A stretch of 64,000 nucleotides of DNA from Vicinamibacterales bacterium (GTDB taxonomy: Bacteria > Acidobacteriota > Vicinamibacteria > Vicinamibacterales > UBA8438), in the NCBI GenBank assembly GCA_965249175.1, contig OZ252227.1:2299699-2363698 (forward strand). Direction: 5' to 3'. Below, in pieces: positions 39,082 through 49,863 of the stretch. The first letter of the stretch is position 1; every line of letters begins with the position of its first letter. Made by a program: the position numbers and the translations under genes. A model generated the notes under the pieces. The model was not told the DNA's origin. It did no database searches and worked only from the letters and a program-made list of their open reading frames with translations.

Positions 39082-39329
39082 GGAGCAACGCGTGAATCGG
39101 CGTGTGCGGGCACGGGTGTGGTCTGTCACGGGGAGTTTTACCCTTTACCATGCGTGGCGCCGTCACGCCGACAGCCGCGTAGTTGAGCGCCACGTGCGCT
39201 GCGGGACGGGCCTGCGGCGGCGTTCCACGCTCATCCGCGGGCATCGAATCCCCTATTGGAGGGACGAGGGCTCCGGAGCCCGACGGGGGCGGTCGGACCT
39301 GGGCGGCACTACAATGACCCCCGTCACCG

Positions 39330-39646
39330 ATGTCCCTTGCCCCCGGCGCCCAGCTCGGCCCCTATTCGATCACCGCTGAAATCGGCCGCGGTGGGATGGG
39401 CGTCGTGTTCTTGGCCCAAGACCCCCGCTTGAAGCGCCAGGTCGCGATCAAGCTCCTGCCACCCGACCTGACCCGCGACGAGACGGCCAAGCAGCGGTTC
39501 CTGCAGGAAGCCCAAGCGGCGTCGGCGCTGGATCATCCCAACATTTGCACGATCCACGAGATCAACGAGACAACCGACGGGCAGCTCTACCTCGTGATGG
39601 CCCACTACGCGGGGGAGACGCTCAAGGAGCGGATCGGGCGTGGGCC
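39330..39646 (+). pseudogene. Ser/Thr kinase N-terminal fragment K8 (duplicate of K6)
   Basis: 39306-39636 reads identical to 27419-27749. Confidence 0.9.
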
Positions 39647-40798
39647 TGACGTGCCCGGTTTCTTCGGACCACCGCTTACTGGAGAATGACGCCCGTAGGG
39701 CTCTCTCCTACCCAGCCGTGGGTCGCCCCCAACTGCGCCTTGAACTCAGCAGGTGTGAGGTCGCCGAGACTCATGTTGCGGGCGCTCTTCGTTATCGTGC
39801 CGCCGCCACCGTTCGATCCCGATCTGCGCCTCCTTCCGATTCCGGAACCATTCGAGTGTCAGGCATTCGTTCCGGAACTTCCCGTTGAACGACTCGTCGG
39901 TGCCGTGCTGCCAGGGCTTGCCCGGATCGATAAAGGCCGTGTCGATCTGCGCGCCCTGGAGCCAATGGAGCACCGCCGTCGCGATGAATTCGGGGCCATT
40001 GTCGGAGCGCAAATAGCGAGGCGCCCCGTGGAGGCTCACCAGCTGCGTGAGCAGGTCAATCACCCGCCCCGACCGTATACTGCCGGCCACGTCAATGGCC
40101 AGGCAGTCGCGCGTGAACTCGTCGACGATGGTCAGGCACTTCAGCGACCGGCCATCCGCGCAGGTGTCGAAGACGAAATCGTAGGCCCAGACGTGATTCC
40201 TCGCCGTCGGGGGCAGCGGCCGCGGGCGGCCTGAGGCCACCCGACGACGCGGGCGCCGGCGCGGCACTTGGAGCCCCGCCTGGCGCCAGAGCCGATAGGT
40301 CCGTTCCGCACTCAGGGCATGCCCGCGACGCGCGAGAAAGACCGAATCTTGCGGTAGCCATACCGCGGATACTGGCCCGCGAGCTCACGCATCACCGTCA
40401 GCGCCGGTGCATCGCGCTGCTGGAGGCGCGAGACGTAGCCCAGCGTCGATCGAGCGACGGACAACACAGCGCACGCGCGGCGGCTCGACAGGCCGCGTCG
40501 CCGGGCGAACGCGACCTGCTGCCGGCGCGCCCGTGCGCCTACAATTTTTTTCGCGTGATCTCCTTGAGCACGTCGATCTCCAGATCCCGATCGGCCCGAA
40601 GTGCTTCCGCCAGCTGTAAATCGTCTGCGCGCTCACGCCGTGCTGCTTGGCGACCGCCGGCACCGGCCGCCGATCGGCCTCCCGCAGGATCGTCACCATC
40701 TGCTCGTCCGTGAACCGGGTCTTCTTCATGGCTCCTCCTCGCCCGGAGGACGCCATTCTCTCAAGTGTCAGCTGGTCCGAAAAACGGCAGGCAGGTCA
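39647..40798 (-). mobile_element. IS3-family (IS407-like) element, degraded
   Basis: MKKTRFTDEQMVTILRE; WAYDF, RSDNGPEF, PGKPWQ, ESFNGKFR; TG..CA ends, GCC duplication. Confidence 0.9.
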
Positions 40799-40941
40799 GC
40801 CACAGGTGCATTATCGGACCTAAATCAAGACCACGGTGGCGCTCACTCTAGAGCGCCTGCAGGTGGTCGTGATCGCCCTCGCGCACCAGCCGCAGCCCGA
40901 GCCGCTTAGCCCGCCGTCGTGCCTGCGCCCAGTTCGGCGCT

Positions 40942-41610
40942 TCATGTCGTGACCGCGTATGTCATCAGGACGATACCGTCGCGCATGCGCTCGATGTCCT
41001 TGAGCGCCAGTGACACGACACCCTGCGCGGACGTCAGGTCGGTCCCCCTGAACACGGTTCTGGGCGTCGCGCCTCCCGCGAGCGCCGGGTGGATCAGGAG
41101 CGCGATGTCGTCCACCAGACCTTGCCTGAGGAGGCATCCGTTGAGTGTCCCACCGCTATCGACCCGGACCGTGCTGACGCCGTGCTCCGCACCGAGAATC
41201 CCGAGGGCACGGCTGTAGTCCACGTGGTCCTCACCCGCGACGATGTACCGAATGCCTCTCCGCTCGAGATAGTCGAGGTACTCGCAAGGTGTCCGTGTCG
41301 AACAGACAGCCATGACATCCCGCCAATAGGGCTGCTGGCGCCAGTAGTGCCAGGTGCGCAGACGCCCCCTGCTGTCGGGCACGACGAGCAGCGGTCGCGC
41401 GTCATCGGACGCGATCGGGGGAGGCTGGAGGTCGTCCTCCGTCTCCGCCGGAATCTCGTCCTCGGCATGCAGGAGCGTGTCACAGCCTGCGAGCGTGGCG
41501 TCTTCGCGCCATCTCGGAATCTGCTCGTAGAACAGCCCGACGTCTGGCGTGAACCCATCGGTTCGCCCGTCGAGACTGACCGCGTTGAACACGATGATGC
41601 GTGGCTTCAT
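40942..41610 (-). CDS. RibD C-terminal-like reductase
   Basis: NAVSLDGR, VVPDSRGR, VRVDSGGTLN, LIHPALAGG. Confidence 0.85.
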   Translation of the reverse strand: MKPRIIVFNAVSLDGRTDGFTPDVGLFYEQIPRWREDATLAGCDTLLHAEDEIPAETEDDLQPPPIASDDARPLLVVPDSRGRLRTWHYWRQQPYWRDVMAVCSTRTPCEYLDYLERRGIRYIVAGEDHVDYSRALGILGAEHGVSTVRVDSGGTLNGCLLRQGLVDDIALLIHPALAGGATPRTVFRGTDLTSAQGVVSLALKDIERMRDGIVLMTYAVTT

Positions 41611-41649
41611 GTCCCTAGGCACCGGTTCGCCCCCGCCATGACAGGCGTG

Positions 41650-41965
41650 GCTTCTCCAGTTGGCCGGAGAAGTCAGAATGCAGCGAGTACACACCAATAG
41701 AGCCTATGTCCCCGCTCCGAATCATCACGACTTCGTGCGCCTGACTCCCGATCCAGTACGCGGCCGAGGCCATCAAGGCGTTAGCGTGCGCGACCATGTG
41801 CTTCTGATCACGAGCGGCGAAGATCTCCGCCGCGAGCTCCGGGACCCCTTCGACGGTCCCGCCCGGTGACGAGATGTCGAAGAGGATGGCCGACGTCGTC
41901 GCTCGCCAGCGCCCGGCGGAACATGCCGCTGATCTCCTCGGTCGACGTCATCCCGCTCGAGGCGT
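41650..41965 (-). pseudogene. S49 peptidase (phage head-maturation type) fragment
   Basis: ILFDISSPGG..MASAAYWIGSQA..GSIGV. Confidence 0.75.
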
Positions 41966-41999
41966 CGAACGTCCGGTGCGCAATGACCCTTGGATCGGG

Positions 42000-42363
42000 A
42001 GAATGCCGTGCGATGCACCATCGCTAATGCCATCGATGAGGGTCTCGCGCCCGGATACGAGAGAAATGATCCTTGATAGCCGCTCAATCTGGCCGCCAGT
42101 CCCATTGTCCCGATAAGCAGCCATGCCACAGTCGGCGACAGCGCCGGCAGATGAGGCGCCAACCTCACGGCGGCGGCATCGTCTCGAGTACCTGCATGGT
42201 GAAAAATCAGCCGGTTGACGAAGGGTTCGTAGGCCGTGCCGGAGATACCGCGGTTCCTAGTCTTTAACCTGACCATGAAACCAACCACCCCGGCCATGAA
42301 TAACGGCAGGAACGCGACCAGAAGTAGCGAGAACATCAGGAGGCGGAGCGCGTTTCTCAACAT
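42000..42363 (-). pseudogene. N-terminal fragment of a probable LCM-type SAM methyltransferase
   Basis: TM segment then GISGTAY..R..D..A..RTAF; truncated. Confidence 0.45.
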
Positions 42364-42451
42364 ATTTTAATTATCTCTCTTCGGGTGCCAGGAGAGACGC
42401 GGTTGCAAACCAGTGCGGTAGTGTCGCGAAGAGTGTGCAAAACCGCTTGAG

Positions 42452-43887
42452 GAGATATAACCAGAAGTTGTGGATCGGCAGTCTGAAGAAGGCGGCGTAT
42501 CCTTTCGCGTGAGCAACGCGAAAACTCCGGCTGGCAGGCCGGTGAAAGGAGCCGCCACCCATGCTGAAGGTACTCGACAACGATGGAGCAGACAACGAAG
42601 TTCCGCCGGAAGAGCGCGGTGCGCAGACGGTGGACGAGCTGGCCCGGGAGGGAGCCCGGCGGATGTTGATGACGGCCCTGGCGGTGGAGGTCGGGCAGTA
42701 CATCGAGGCCCACGGCGAGGAGCGGGACGCGCGGGGACGCCGGCTGGTCGTTCGGAATGGTCGGGCCCAGGCGCGGAAGGTGACGTGCGGGGCAGGTACG
42801 CTCGAGGTGCATGCTCCTCGGGTGAACGACAAAAGGGTCAACGGCGCGGGCCAGCGGGAGCGGTTCACGAGTCGGATCTTGCCCCCCTACATGCGTCGCT
42901 CGCCCAAGGTGGCGGAGGTGCTGCCGATCCTCTATCTGCGCGGTCTGTCGACGGGCGATTTCCGCGAAGCGCTGCCGGTGCTATTGGGGGATGACGCGGC
43001 CGGCCTCAGCGCGACCAACATCGCGCGCCTCACGGCGGTGTGGGAAGAGGACTACCGGCGGTTCCGCCAGCGGGACCTGGCCGATCGTGACTACGTGTAC
43101 GTGTGGGTCGACGGCATCCATTTCAACATCCGGCTCGAGGACGATCGGCTCTGTACGCTGGTGATCCATCGGCGTACGGCCCGATGGGACCAAGAAGCTC
43201 GTGGCCCTGGAGGACGGCTACCGCGAGAGCACCGACAGCTGGGCGACGGTGCTGCGGGACCTCCAGCGGCGCGGCATGCGGGCCCCGGTGGGGGCGGTCG
43301 GCGACGGCGCCCTGGGTTTCTGGGCGGCCGTGCGCGACGTGTGGCCGGACACGCGAGAGCTCCGCGACTGGTGTCACAAGATGGGCAACGTGCTCGACAA
43401 ATTGCCAAAGCGATTACAGCCGAAAGCGAAGCGCGCGCTCCGCGAGATCATGTACGCCGAGACGCGGGCACACGCCGAGGAGGCCATGGACGTCTTCATC
43501 GCCGAGTACGAGGCCAAGTACCCGAAGGCGGCGGCGTGCCTGGACGCAGACCGCGACCGCCTCCTCACGCACTTTGCCCTGCCAGCTGAGCATTGGCAGC
43601 ACGTGCGCACGAGCAACGTCATCGAGTCGCCATTCGCCACGGTCCGACTCCGGCAGCGCGTGACCAAAGGCGCGGGCTCGCGCACCAAGGGCCTGTTGAT
43701 GGCCTACAAGCTGCTCGAGATGGCACAGCAGCGCTGGCGTCGGCTCAATGGCGCGCATCTGCTGCCACTCGTCCGCGCCGGCGTGACGTTCATTGACGGG
43801 GTACAGCAGGAGCGAAACAACGAGGGAGATCGGAAGGTGGCCGCCTGATCACGCTGATGACCGATCCACAACATTTGACAATATCTC
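42452..43887 (+). mobile_element. IS256 type A copy 5 (frameshifted transposase 42561-43848)
   Basis: 9-bp duplication CCGCTTGAG; same extra C (about 43166) as copy 2. Confidence 0.95.
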
Positions 43888-43961
43888 CCGCTTGAGGAAA
43901 ACGGGCGGTCATGGCAAGAGGTTGATTGTTGAAGTCGACCTACGCACAAAGGAGTGCAGCC

Positions 43962-45161
43962 ATGGCCACCCGACGCAAGCGTCCCGCGAAGCCCACCACG
44001 ATCGAAGCCCTGATCGGCAGCGACCGGGCGCTACTCAAGACCCTCGTGAAGGAATCGCTCCACGAAGTGCTGGAAGCGGAGATGACAGCGGCGGTTGGGG
44101 CGGGGCCGGGCGAGCGCACCGCCGACCGGCACGGCTATCGCTCGGGCTACTACACGCGGGGGCTGGTGACCCGGATCGGGAAGCTGGAGCTGCGGGTGCC
44201 GCGGGACCGGGAGGGCCGCTTCTCGACCGAGCTGTTTGACCGGTATCAACGGTCGGAGCAGGCCCTGGTGAGTGCGCTGGCCGAGATGTAGGTCCAAGGC
44301 GTCTCGACGCGGAAGGTGAAGGCCATCACGGAAGAGTTGTGCGGGCACACGTGCTCGGCGAGCACCATCAGCCGCATCAACAAGGGTCTGGATGCCCTGC
44401 TGCGGCGCTTTGCCCAGCGTCCGCTCGACGAGGCGTATCCGTATCTGATCCTGGATGCGCGGTACGAGAAGGTGCGGCTCGACGGCGTGATCCAGGCGCA
44501 GGCCGTGTTCATTGCGATCGGGATCAATCGCGAGGGGCGACGCCAGATCCTGGGCGTGGAGCTGTCGAATCGCGAGTCGAGCTCGAGCTGGAAGGCGTTC
44601 GTCACCGGGCTGCAGACGCGCGGCCTCCACGGCGTCGAGTTCGTGGTGTCGGACGATCACGCGGGGCTCAAGCGCGCGGTTCGGGAGCTGCTGCCGGCGG
44701 CGGTCTGGCAGCGGTGCTACGTGCACTTCTTACGCAACGCGCTCAACTATCTGCCGCGGAAGGCCGACGACGATTGCCGCCAGGAGCTGCGGTGGCTCTA
44801 CGACCGGCGCAACCTGAAAGAAGCCGAGCAGGATCTGCGCGCGTGGCTCAAGCGCTGGGAGCGACGCTCTCCCAAACTCACCGACTGGGTTGAGGCGCAG
44901 ATCGGGGAAACGCTGAACTTCTATCGCTTGCCGCGCCAACACCACAAGCATCTCAAGTCCACGAACATGCGCGAGCGGCTCAACGAGGAGATTAAGCGCC
45001 GCACGCGCGTGGTGCGGATCTTTCCGAACGCGGACAGCTGCCGCCGGCTGGTACGGGCCCTCTGTGCCGAGACGCACGAGGGCTGGCTGGAGGATCACCG
45101 CTACCTGAACATGGATTACTGGAAGGAACAGAAGAAGGACTTCATGCGGACCGCCGCCTAA
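43962..45161 (+). pseudogene. IS256 type C transposase with in-frame TAG at 44289-44291
   Basis: LRVPRDR, YLILDARYEK, SDDHAGL, QRCYVHF, STNM; TAC at this position in the paralog. Confidence 0.9.
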
Positions 45162-45225
45162 CCGACAACGACAGCGGCCTCAGCCATGAAACCGCTTTTG
45201 CACAACTTGACGTACACAACCACCA

Positions 45226-45606
45226 GTGCCGCGACTGCGCCCGGAGGTGGTAGCGGGCCGACTAGCGGAATGGCGGCGGCTGCTACGGCAATCGACGACC
45301 CAAAGCCGCGCCGTGCTGCAGCGGGTGCTGTGCGGCCGGATCACGTTTACGCCGAAGTGCGGGGGCTATGAGTTCGAAGCATCGACCCGGCTTGATAAGC
45401 TGTTTCTGGGCGTTGCCGTCGAGAGACCGACATGGATAGAAGCGAGCGACGCGGGCACCGAGCACATCGGTCCCGAGGACACGTGTGAGGTCGACTACGG
45501 GCGGTTACTTGAGGCGGTCCAGAACCGTGGGAAAGGGTTGGCGTCCCCAACGGGGATTGGACGTCTGTGGACAGTCGATCGGTCGAGGCTCGTGTGCGCA
45601 GCTTGA
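45226..45606 (+). pseudogene. C-terminal remnant of a probable large serine recombinase
   Basis: EWRRLL..RAVLQRVL.GRITFTP..YEFEA..LASPTG. Confidence 0.6.
45539..45554 (-). other. att-like copy of a tRNA-Glu 3' end
   Basis: Reverse complement reads CCCGTTGGGGACGCCA. Confidence 0.55.
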
Positions 45607-45654
45607 GGGAGTCGCGCATTTGGGCGCGTATGCTGGAGTTCGTCTCGATCGTGG

Positions 45655-46188
45655 ATGAGATTCATCCATGACGACTGCAAGAGGGTGCCCGTGAGAAAGA
45701 CCCTTGCGATTCGCCGGTCCCACACCCTCGTCAAGAGGTTGAAGCCCGAAGAAACACCCGAGGAGGCGACCGCCGACATGGTGGTGGCGGGCTTGGCGAG
45801 CAACGCCGTGACGGCCGTGCGGTTCTCGGAAGGCTCGTTCGGCGACGTGGACTTGACGGAGTGCCTCGCCAAACTGCGAGCCGCCGTCGGTCGTGTTCAC
45901 CGCGGCGACCTGCGGGAGGCCGAGAGCCTCTTGACCGTGCAGGCAGTGACGTTGAACACGATGTTCACGCACCTGGCGACCCTGGCCGCCAAGACTGAGT
46001 CCGTCGACCGTCTCGACCGGTACACGCGGCTGGCGCTGAAGGCCCAGGGGCAATGCCGTGCCACGCTCGACACGCTAGCCGCTCTCAAGCACCCGTCGGC
46101 GGTGTTCGCGCAGACTCGCACCGCTCAACGACTTACGGGGATCGCCGATCGAATAAGGGAGGTCCCGCACTTTCGCCCCCCCCTCTGA
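45655..46188 (+). CDS. Island-associated conserved hypothetical protein, probably C-truncated
   Basis: ESLLTVQAVTLNTMF..RLALKAQGQCRATLDTLAALKHP. Confidence 0.6.
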   Translation: MRFIHDDCKRVPVRKTLAIRRSHTLVKRLKPEETPEEATADMVVAGLASNAVTAVRFSEGSFGDVDLTECLAKLRAAVGRVHRGDLREAESLLTVQAVTLNTMFTHLATLAAKTESVDRLDRYTRLALKAQGQCRATLDTLAALKHPSAVFAQTRTAQRLTGIADRIREVPHFRPPL

Positions 46189-46249
46189 GAAACGCAAGCA
46201 CGTCGGACTGGACGTGCAGGAGGCCCCCCGGGCGGGTGAGGGGGGCGGC

Positions 46250-46993
46250 CTACGGGACCAGACGTCGATCGTTAAACAGTCGCAAGGTGACACCGGGCCG
46301 GGTGACGCTCGTCGCCAGCCGGTCACCAGGTGGGTCGGGACGCTCGTAGACCACCCGGTAACGATTCGACGCATCGTCGTAGAACGCGCTCATGTCGGTC
46401 GCGAGCGTCGTCAGCGCGTCCGGCAGCGCGGTGGGAACCGCAACGGACGTATACCGCCCCCCGGTGTTCTCAGCCAGGTTGATCGCGCGGCCGGTGAGTT
46501 CGCTCCCGCCGCCCGTCGTGATCTGGATTGCGTGGATGATCACGCCGGCATGGCGCAGCGTGCCAACGAAATCGAGATACCGGTCATCGTTCATGAAAGC
46601 GCTCGCATCGGACCCGTCGGTCAGGACCAAGACGAACACCGGCCACGGCTCGTCGCCGTCGAACCGCCGCTCCCACGTCTCCTTGATGCCGTCGAGCATC
46701 CGCGCACCTCGGCCCCGGTCGGGGAAGATCGCTCGACTGGCCTCGATGAGCTCCGCCCGGTCGGCGGTGAAGTCAACGCGCCGTTGCACATTACCTCCGA
46801 TGGTGAACAGGCCGACGACGTGCTGGGACGGCAGTGTCTCGAGAAACCTCGTAAGACCGTCACGGATTGGAGTGAGCGCCATACGGTCGGCTCTCGTGCG
46901 CTCCCCGTTGTCGACCAGGATCGCGATCTTCATAGGCGTCATGCCGCTTCGGGCGGAAAGGATCGTGGCCGGAGTCCCTGGGGTCGCCGACAT
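46250..46993 (-). pseudogene. VWA-domain protein paralog of 21663-22577 lacking its N-terminus
   Basis: PMKIAILVDNGERTRA..VLTDGSD..LAENTGGRY. Confidence 0.8.
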
Positions 46994-47365
46994 CCTGCAC
47001 CTAGGTGGCTTCGTAACTGGGCTTGGCTACGTCTCGTGGCGTCCCGTCCCACGAGCGCGACTACGGCGGAGGCATCGTGGTTTCATCTTTGATATCAGGT
47101 ATCGGTACTTAGGATGTCGGAGAGCGGGGCGCGATCGGACCGTCGGCCGGCTGCCTTGACTGGTTCGTGCGGGCCGGCGATACCCAGTAGCCGGAAAATG
47201 GTTGAATCCCCTCGGGGAGATAGCCATAAGTGGTCGAACTCGTGCGGCGGTTGTGCCCTTAGCGCATCGGTGGCATTAGAAGCTGGGCGAGGCTGGTGTT
47301 CCGGACCTCTTGTCCGGTTCCGAACTTGTGCGGCGGCTGTGCTTTGCCTCCCTCGGTCGGTTCGT

Positions 47366-48794
47366 GAGTCAAGCCCATTCTTAGTTGAAACTCTCCACGG
47401 CTCCCGATGGCTTACGCGGCCTGCTTCTTCGACGTCGTCGTGTCGATCTTCAGTTCTCGCTTCAATGCGGCCCGAAGCGTGGGAAGGTGGCGGTAGCCCC
47501 TCACCCTTCGTAAGCGCGGTTCGATGTCCAGGAGGGCGGTCGCCAGCCAGCGGTGGCGTTGGCTCGAGCTCTGCCAGTGATCTACCTTCGCGCAGCGTTC
47601 CTCGACCAGCGCATTGACCGACTCCAGACAGTTCGTCGTCTTCAGCGACCGGCCCAGCACTCCGTACACGCCCAATCGATGTAACGTCAGGGTTTCGTCC
47701 AGGCCTTCCGCCAAGCTGTCAGCCGCCGACTGGTTCCGCTCGTCCAACTCGCCGTGGAGCGTCTCGAGCGCACCGAGGGCCTCGTCGTAGTCCGGCCGGT
47801 TGTACGCTCGCTGGAGACGCTGACGCCACACCGCCTGCTCGTGCTTGGCCAGGTAGCTCACCACGTTCTCGCGCTTGTGCCACTGGCACCGTTGGACCAG
47901 GGCCCGGCCCCGGAAGGCCTTCCGGACGGCCGTGCGGAGCCCCTTGCCGCCATCGAGGATGACCAGCACACCCTGGGAGAGGTCGAGGCCCCGCTCGACC
48001 AACGACCGCAGGAACGGTGTGAGCACCGTCGCGTTCTCCGTGTCCGTTTCGACGAAGCCCAGGAAGCGTTTCTCCCCAGACAGCGTGATGCCTAGCGCGA
48101 TGACCATCGTCGCGTCAGCGAACGTCTTGCCGTCCAGGAACACGGCCACCACGTCCTCATCGGATAGGTCCCGCTCCTGGAACGCCCGTAGCTGCGCCGC
48201 GCTGGCCTGGATGAACCCCCGGGACACCGTCGAACTCGACAGCCCGATCGCCCCGGGAATCGCCGCCGCGGCCGCCGCGTAGTTGCGGCACGAGATCCCG
48301 TAGAGCACCCGTCGCAGCAGCGCGTCGTCCACCTCGCGGTCGTCATGCAACGCCGCATACGACCGCAGCGGAATCTCGCTCCCTGCGAGGCGACGAATCC
48401 GGGGCACGCGAATCGGCACGCGCTGCCCCGCGAGACCCACCGTCCCAGGGTTACTGCCGTGACGGCGTCCACCGACCGACGCGTCCTTCCGGACGTAGCG
48501 CTCGCTCGCCAGCGCCGTCACCTCCTGGTCGAGCAACTCCTGCACATGCATCAGGCCCAGGGGCACCAGCGAGCGGATCAGCTCCACCTTCGCGTCCAGC
48601 TCCAGATCCGCGTAGGCCTCGCGGTGAATGATGTTGACCGAGCCCAGCTTGCGAACTTTCTTGCGCTTCCTGACAGCACGTAGGACACTCATCGTGGCTC
48701 CTCTCTCTCGTGGGGTGATGTCCGTCTTTTGCAACGTCATCACACCACAGGGTCTGGAGCCGTTTCAATTTTCAACTAAGATTAGCTCACCCTC
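47366..48794 (-). mobile_element. IS256 type B copy 2
   Basis: 8-bp duplication CGGTTCGT. Confidence 0.95.
47412..48743 (-). CDS. IS256 type B transposase, intact
   Basis: VFLDGK, ILDGGKGL, QRCQWHK, KTTNCLES. Confidence 0.95.
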   Translation of the reverse strand: MMTLQKTDITPRERGATMSVLRAVRKRKKVRKLGSVNIIHREAYADLELDAKVELIRSLVPLGLMHVQELLDQEVTALASERYVRKDASVGGRRHGSNPGTVGLAGQRVPIRVPRIRRLAGSEIPLRSYAALHDDREVDDALLRRVLYGISCRNYAAAAAAIPGAIGLSSSTVSRGFIQASAAQLRAFQERDLSDEDVVAVFLDGKTFADATMVIALGITLSGEKRFLGFVETDTENATVLTPFLRSLVERGLDLSQGVLVILDGGKGLRTAVRKAFRGRALVQRCQWHKRENVVSYLAKHEQAVWRQRLQRAYNRPDYDEALGALETLHGELDERNQSAADSLAEGLDETLTLHRLGVYGVLGRSLKTTNCLESVNALVEERCAKVDHWQSSSQRHRWLATALLDIEPRLRRVRGYRHLPTLRAALKRELKIDTTTSKKQAA

Positions 48795-49863
48795 CGGTTC
48801 GTCCCAGGAGAATCCTGCGTCTCGTTCCGGGTCCGAGGCGTCCAAGGGTAACGTCAGTGCCGAGGCGACAGGGCGGTGTGGGAATCTCGACTGACAACGT
48901 GAAAGTCATGCGCCTCCTGGAGGATTCGTGAGAATCCCGCCGGGAGGAGATCCTGGGCGCGCGACACATCCATGGGGTAACTGTGCTCCAGGACGGCCCT
49001 TTGCTGCTGGAGTCCGGGTGTCCACCACGGCTGCTCGTGCGCGATCCGCCGGGCGAAGGGCCGCCGAGAGCGGGGTCCGGCACCGTCGGCTCGTAAGGTG
49101 TTGTTCGTTCGGAGCCAGCGTTAGCAGGGCAGGCCGTGAGTGGCTAGACGAGGGTCTGGATCGAGGTATATGGTTCTCGACTCTGAACGCCGCCGGTGGA
49201 GGCTGTGCCGGATAGATCACGACGCACAACCACCGGGTGCATGAGGAGAGGAATGAACGCTCGCGTGGTGTGGGCCTCACCGGATGGGTCGTCGAAGATA
49301 CACGTTGGCGAGTCGCTCGCCTTCATGGAAAGCCTTGCCGCGAACTCCGTGGATTGCATTTGGACGGACCCGCCGTATCTGTTGTCGAACGACGGCATGA
49401 CCTGTGTCGGCGGCGAGATGGTCAAGGTGAACAAAGGCGGGTGGGACCGCAGCCGTGGAATCGACTGCGATCATGAGTTCAATCGAACGTGGCTCGCCGC
49501 GTGCCACCGGATTCTGAAACCAGCCGGGTCGATGTGGGTCAGTGGCACGTTGCACGTGTATCCGAGTGTGGGAATGGCGATGCAACAGCTGGGGTTCCGG
49601 ATTCTGAACGACATTGTGTGGGAGAAGCCGGCCCCTCCCCCCAACCTCGGGTGTCGCTGTTTTACTCATTCGACGGAGATGCTGCTCTGGGCCACGAAGG
49701 CGAGGAAGGGCAGCAAGGACAGATACACGTTCAACTACGAAGCCATGAAAGCGGAGAACGGTGGCACGCAGATGAAGAATGTGTGGCGCTTCGCGACACC
49801 GTCTCGGGCCGAGAAGGCACTGGGCAAGCATCCGACGCAGAAGCCCGTCGCGCTCATCGACCG

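Larger units (their letters stand above)
42417..45221 (+). mobile_element. IS256 type C copy 1, with a nested type A copy
   Basis: 8-bp duplication ACCAGTGC; ends GGTAGTGT..GTGCAAAA/TTTTGCAC..ACAACC. Confidence 0.9.

Noticed and set aside
3478-39646. Classical integron or diversity-generating retroelement explaining the kinase repeats
   Set aside because: No IntI, no recognisable attC palindromes, no reverse transcriptase, and differences between copies are not adenine-specific.
45539-45560. tRNA-Glu gene
   Set aside because: Only about 16 bp of the 3' end is present; no T-loop or cloverleaf.
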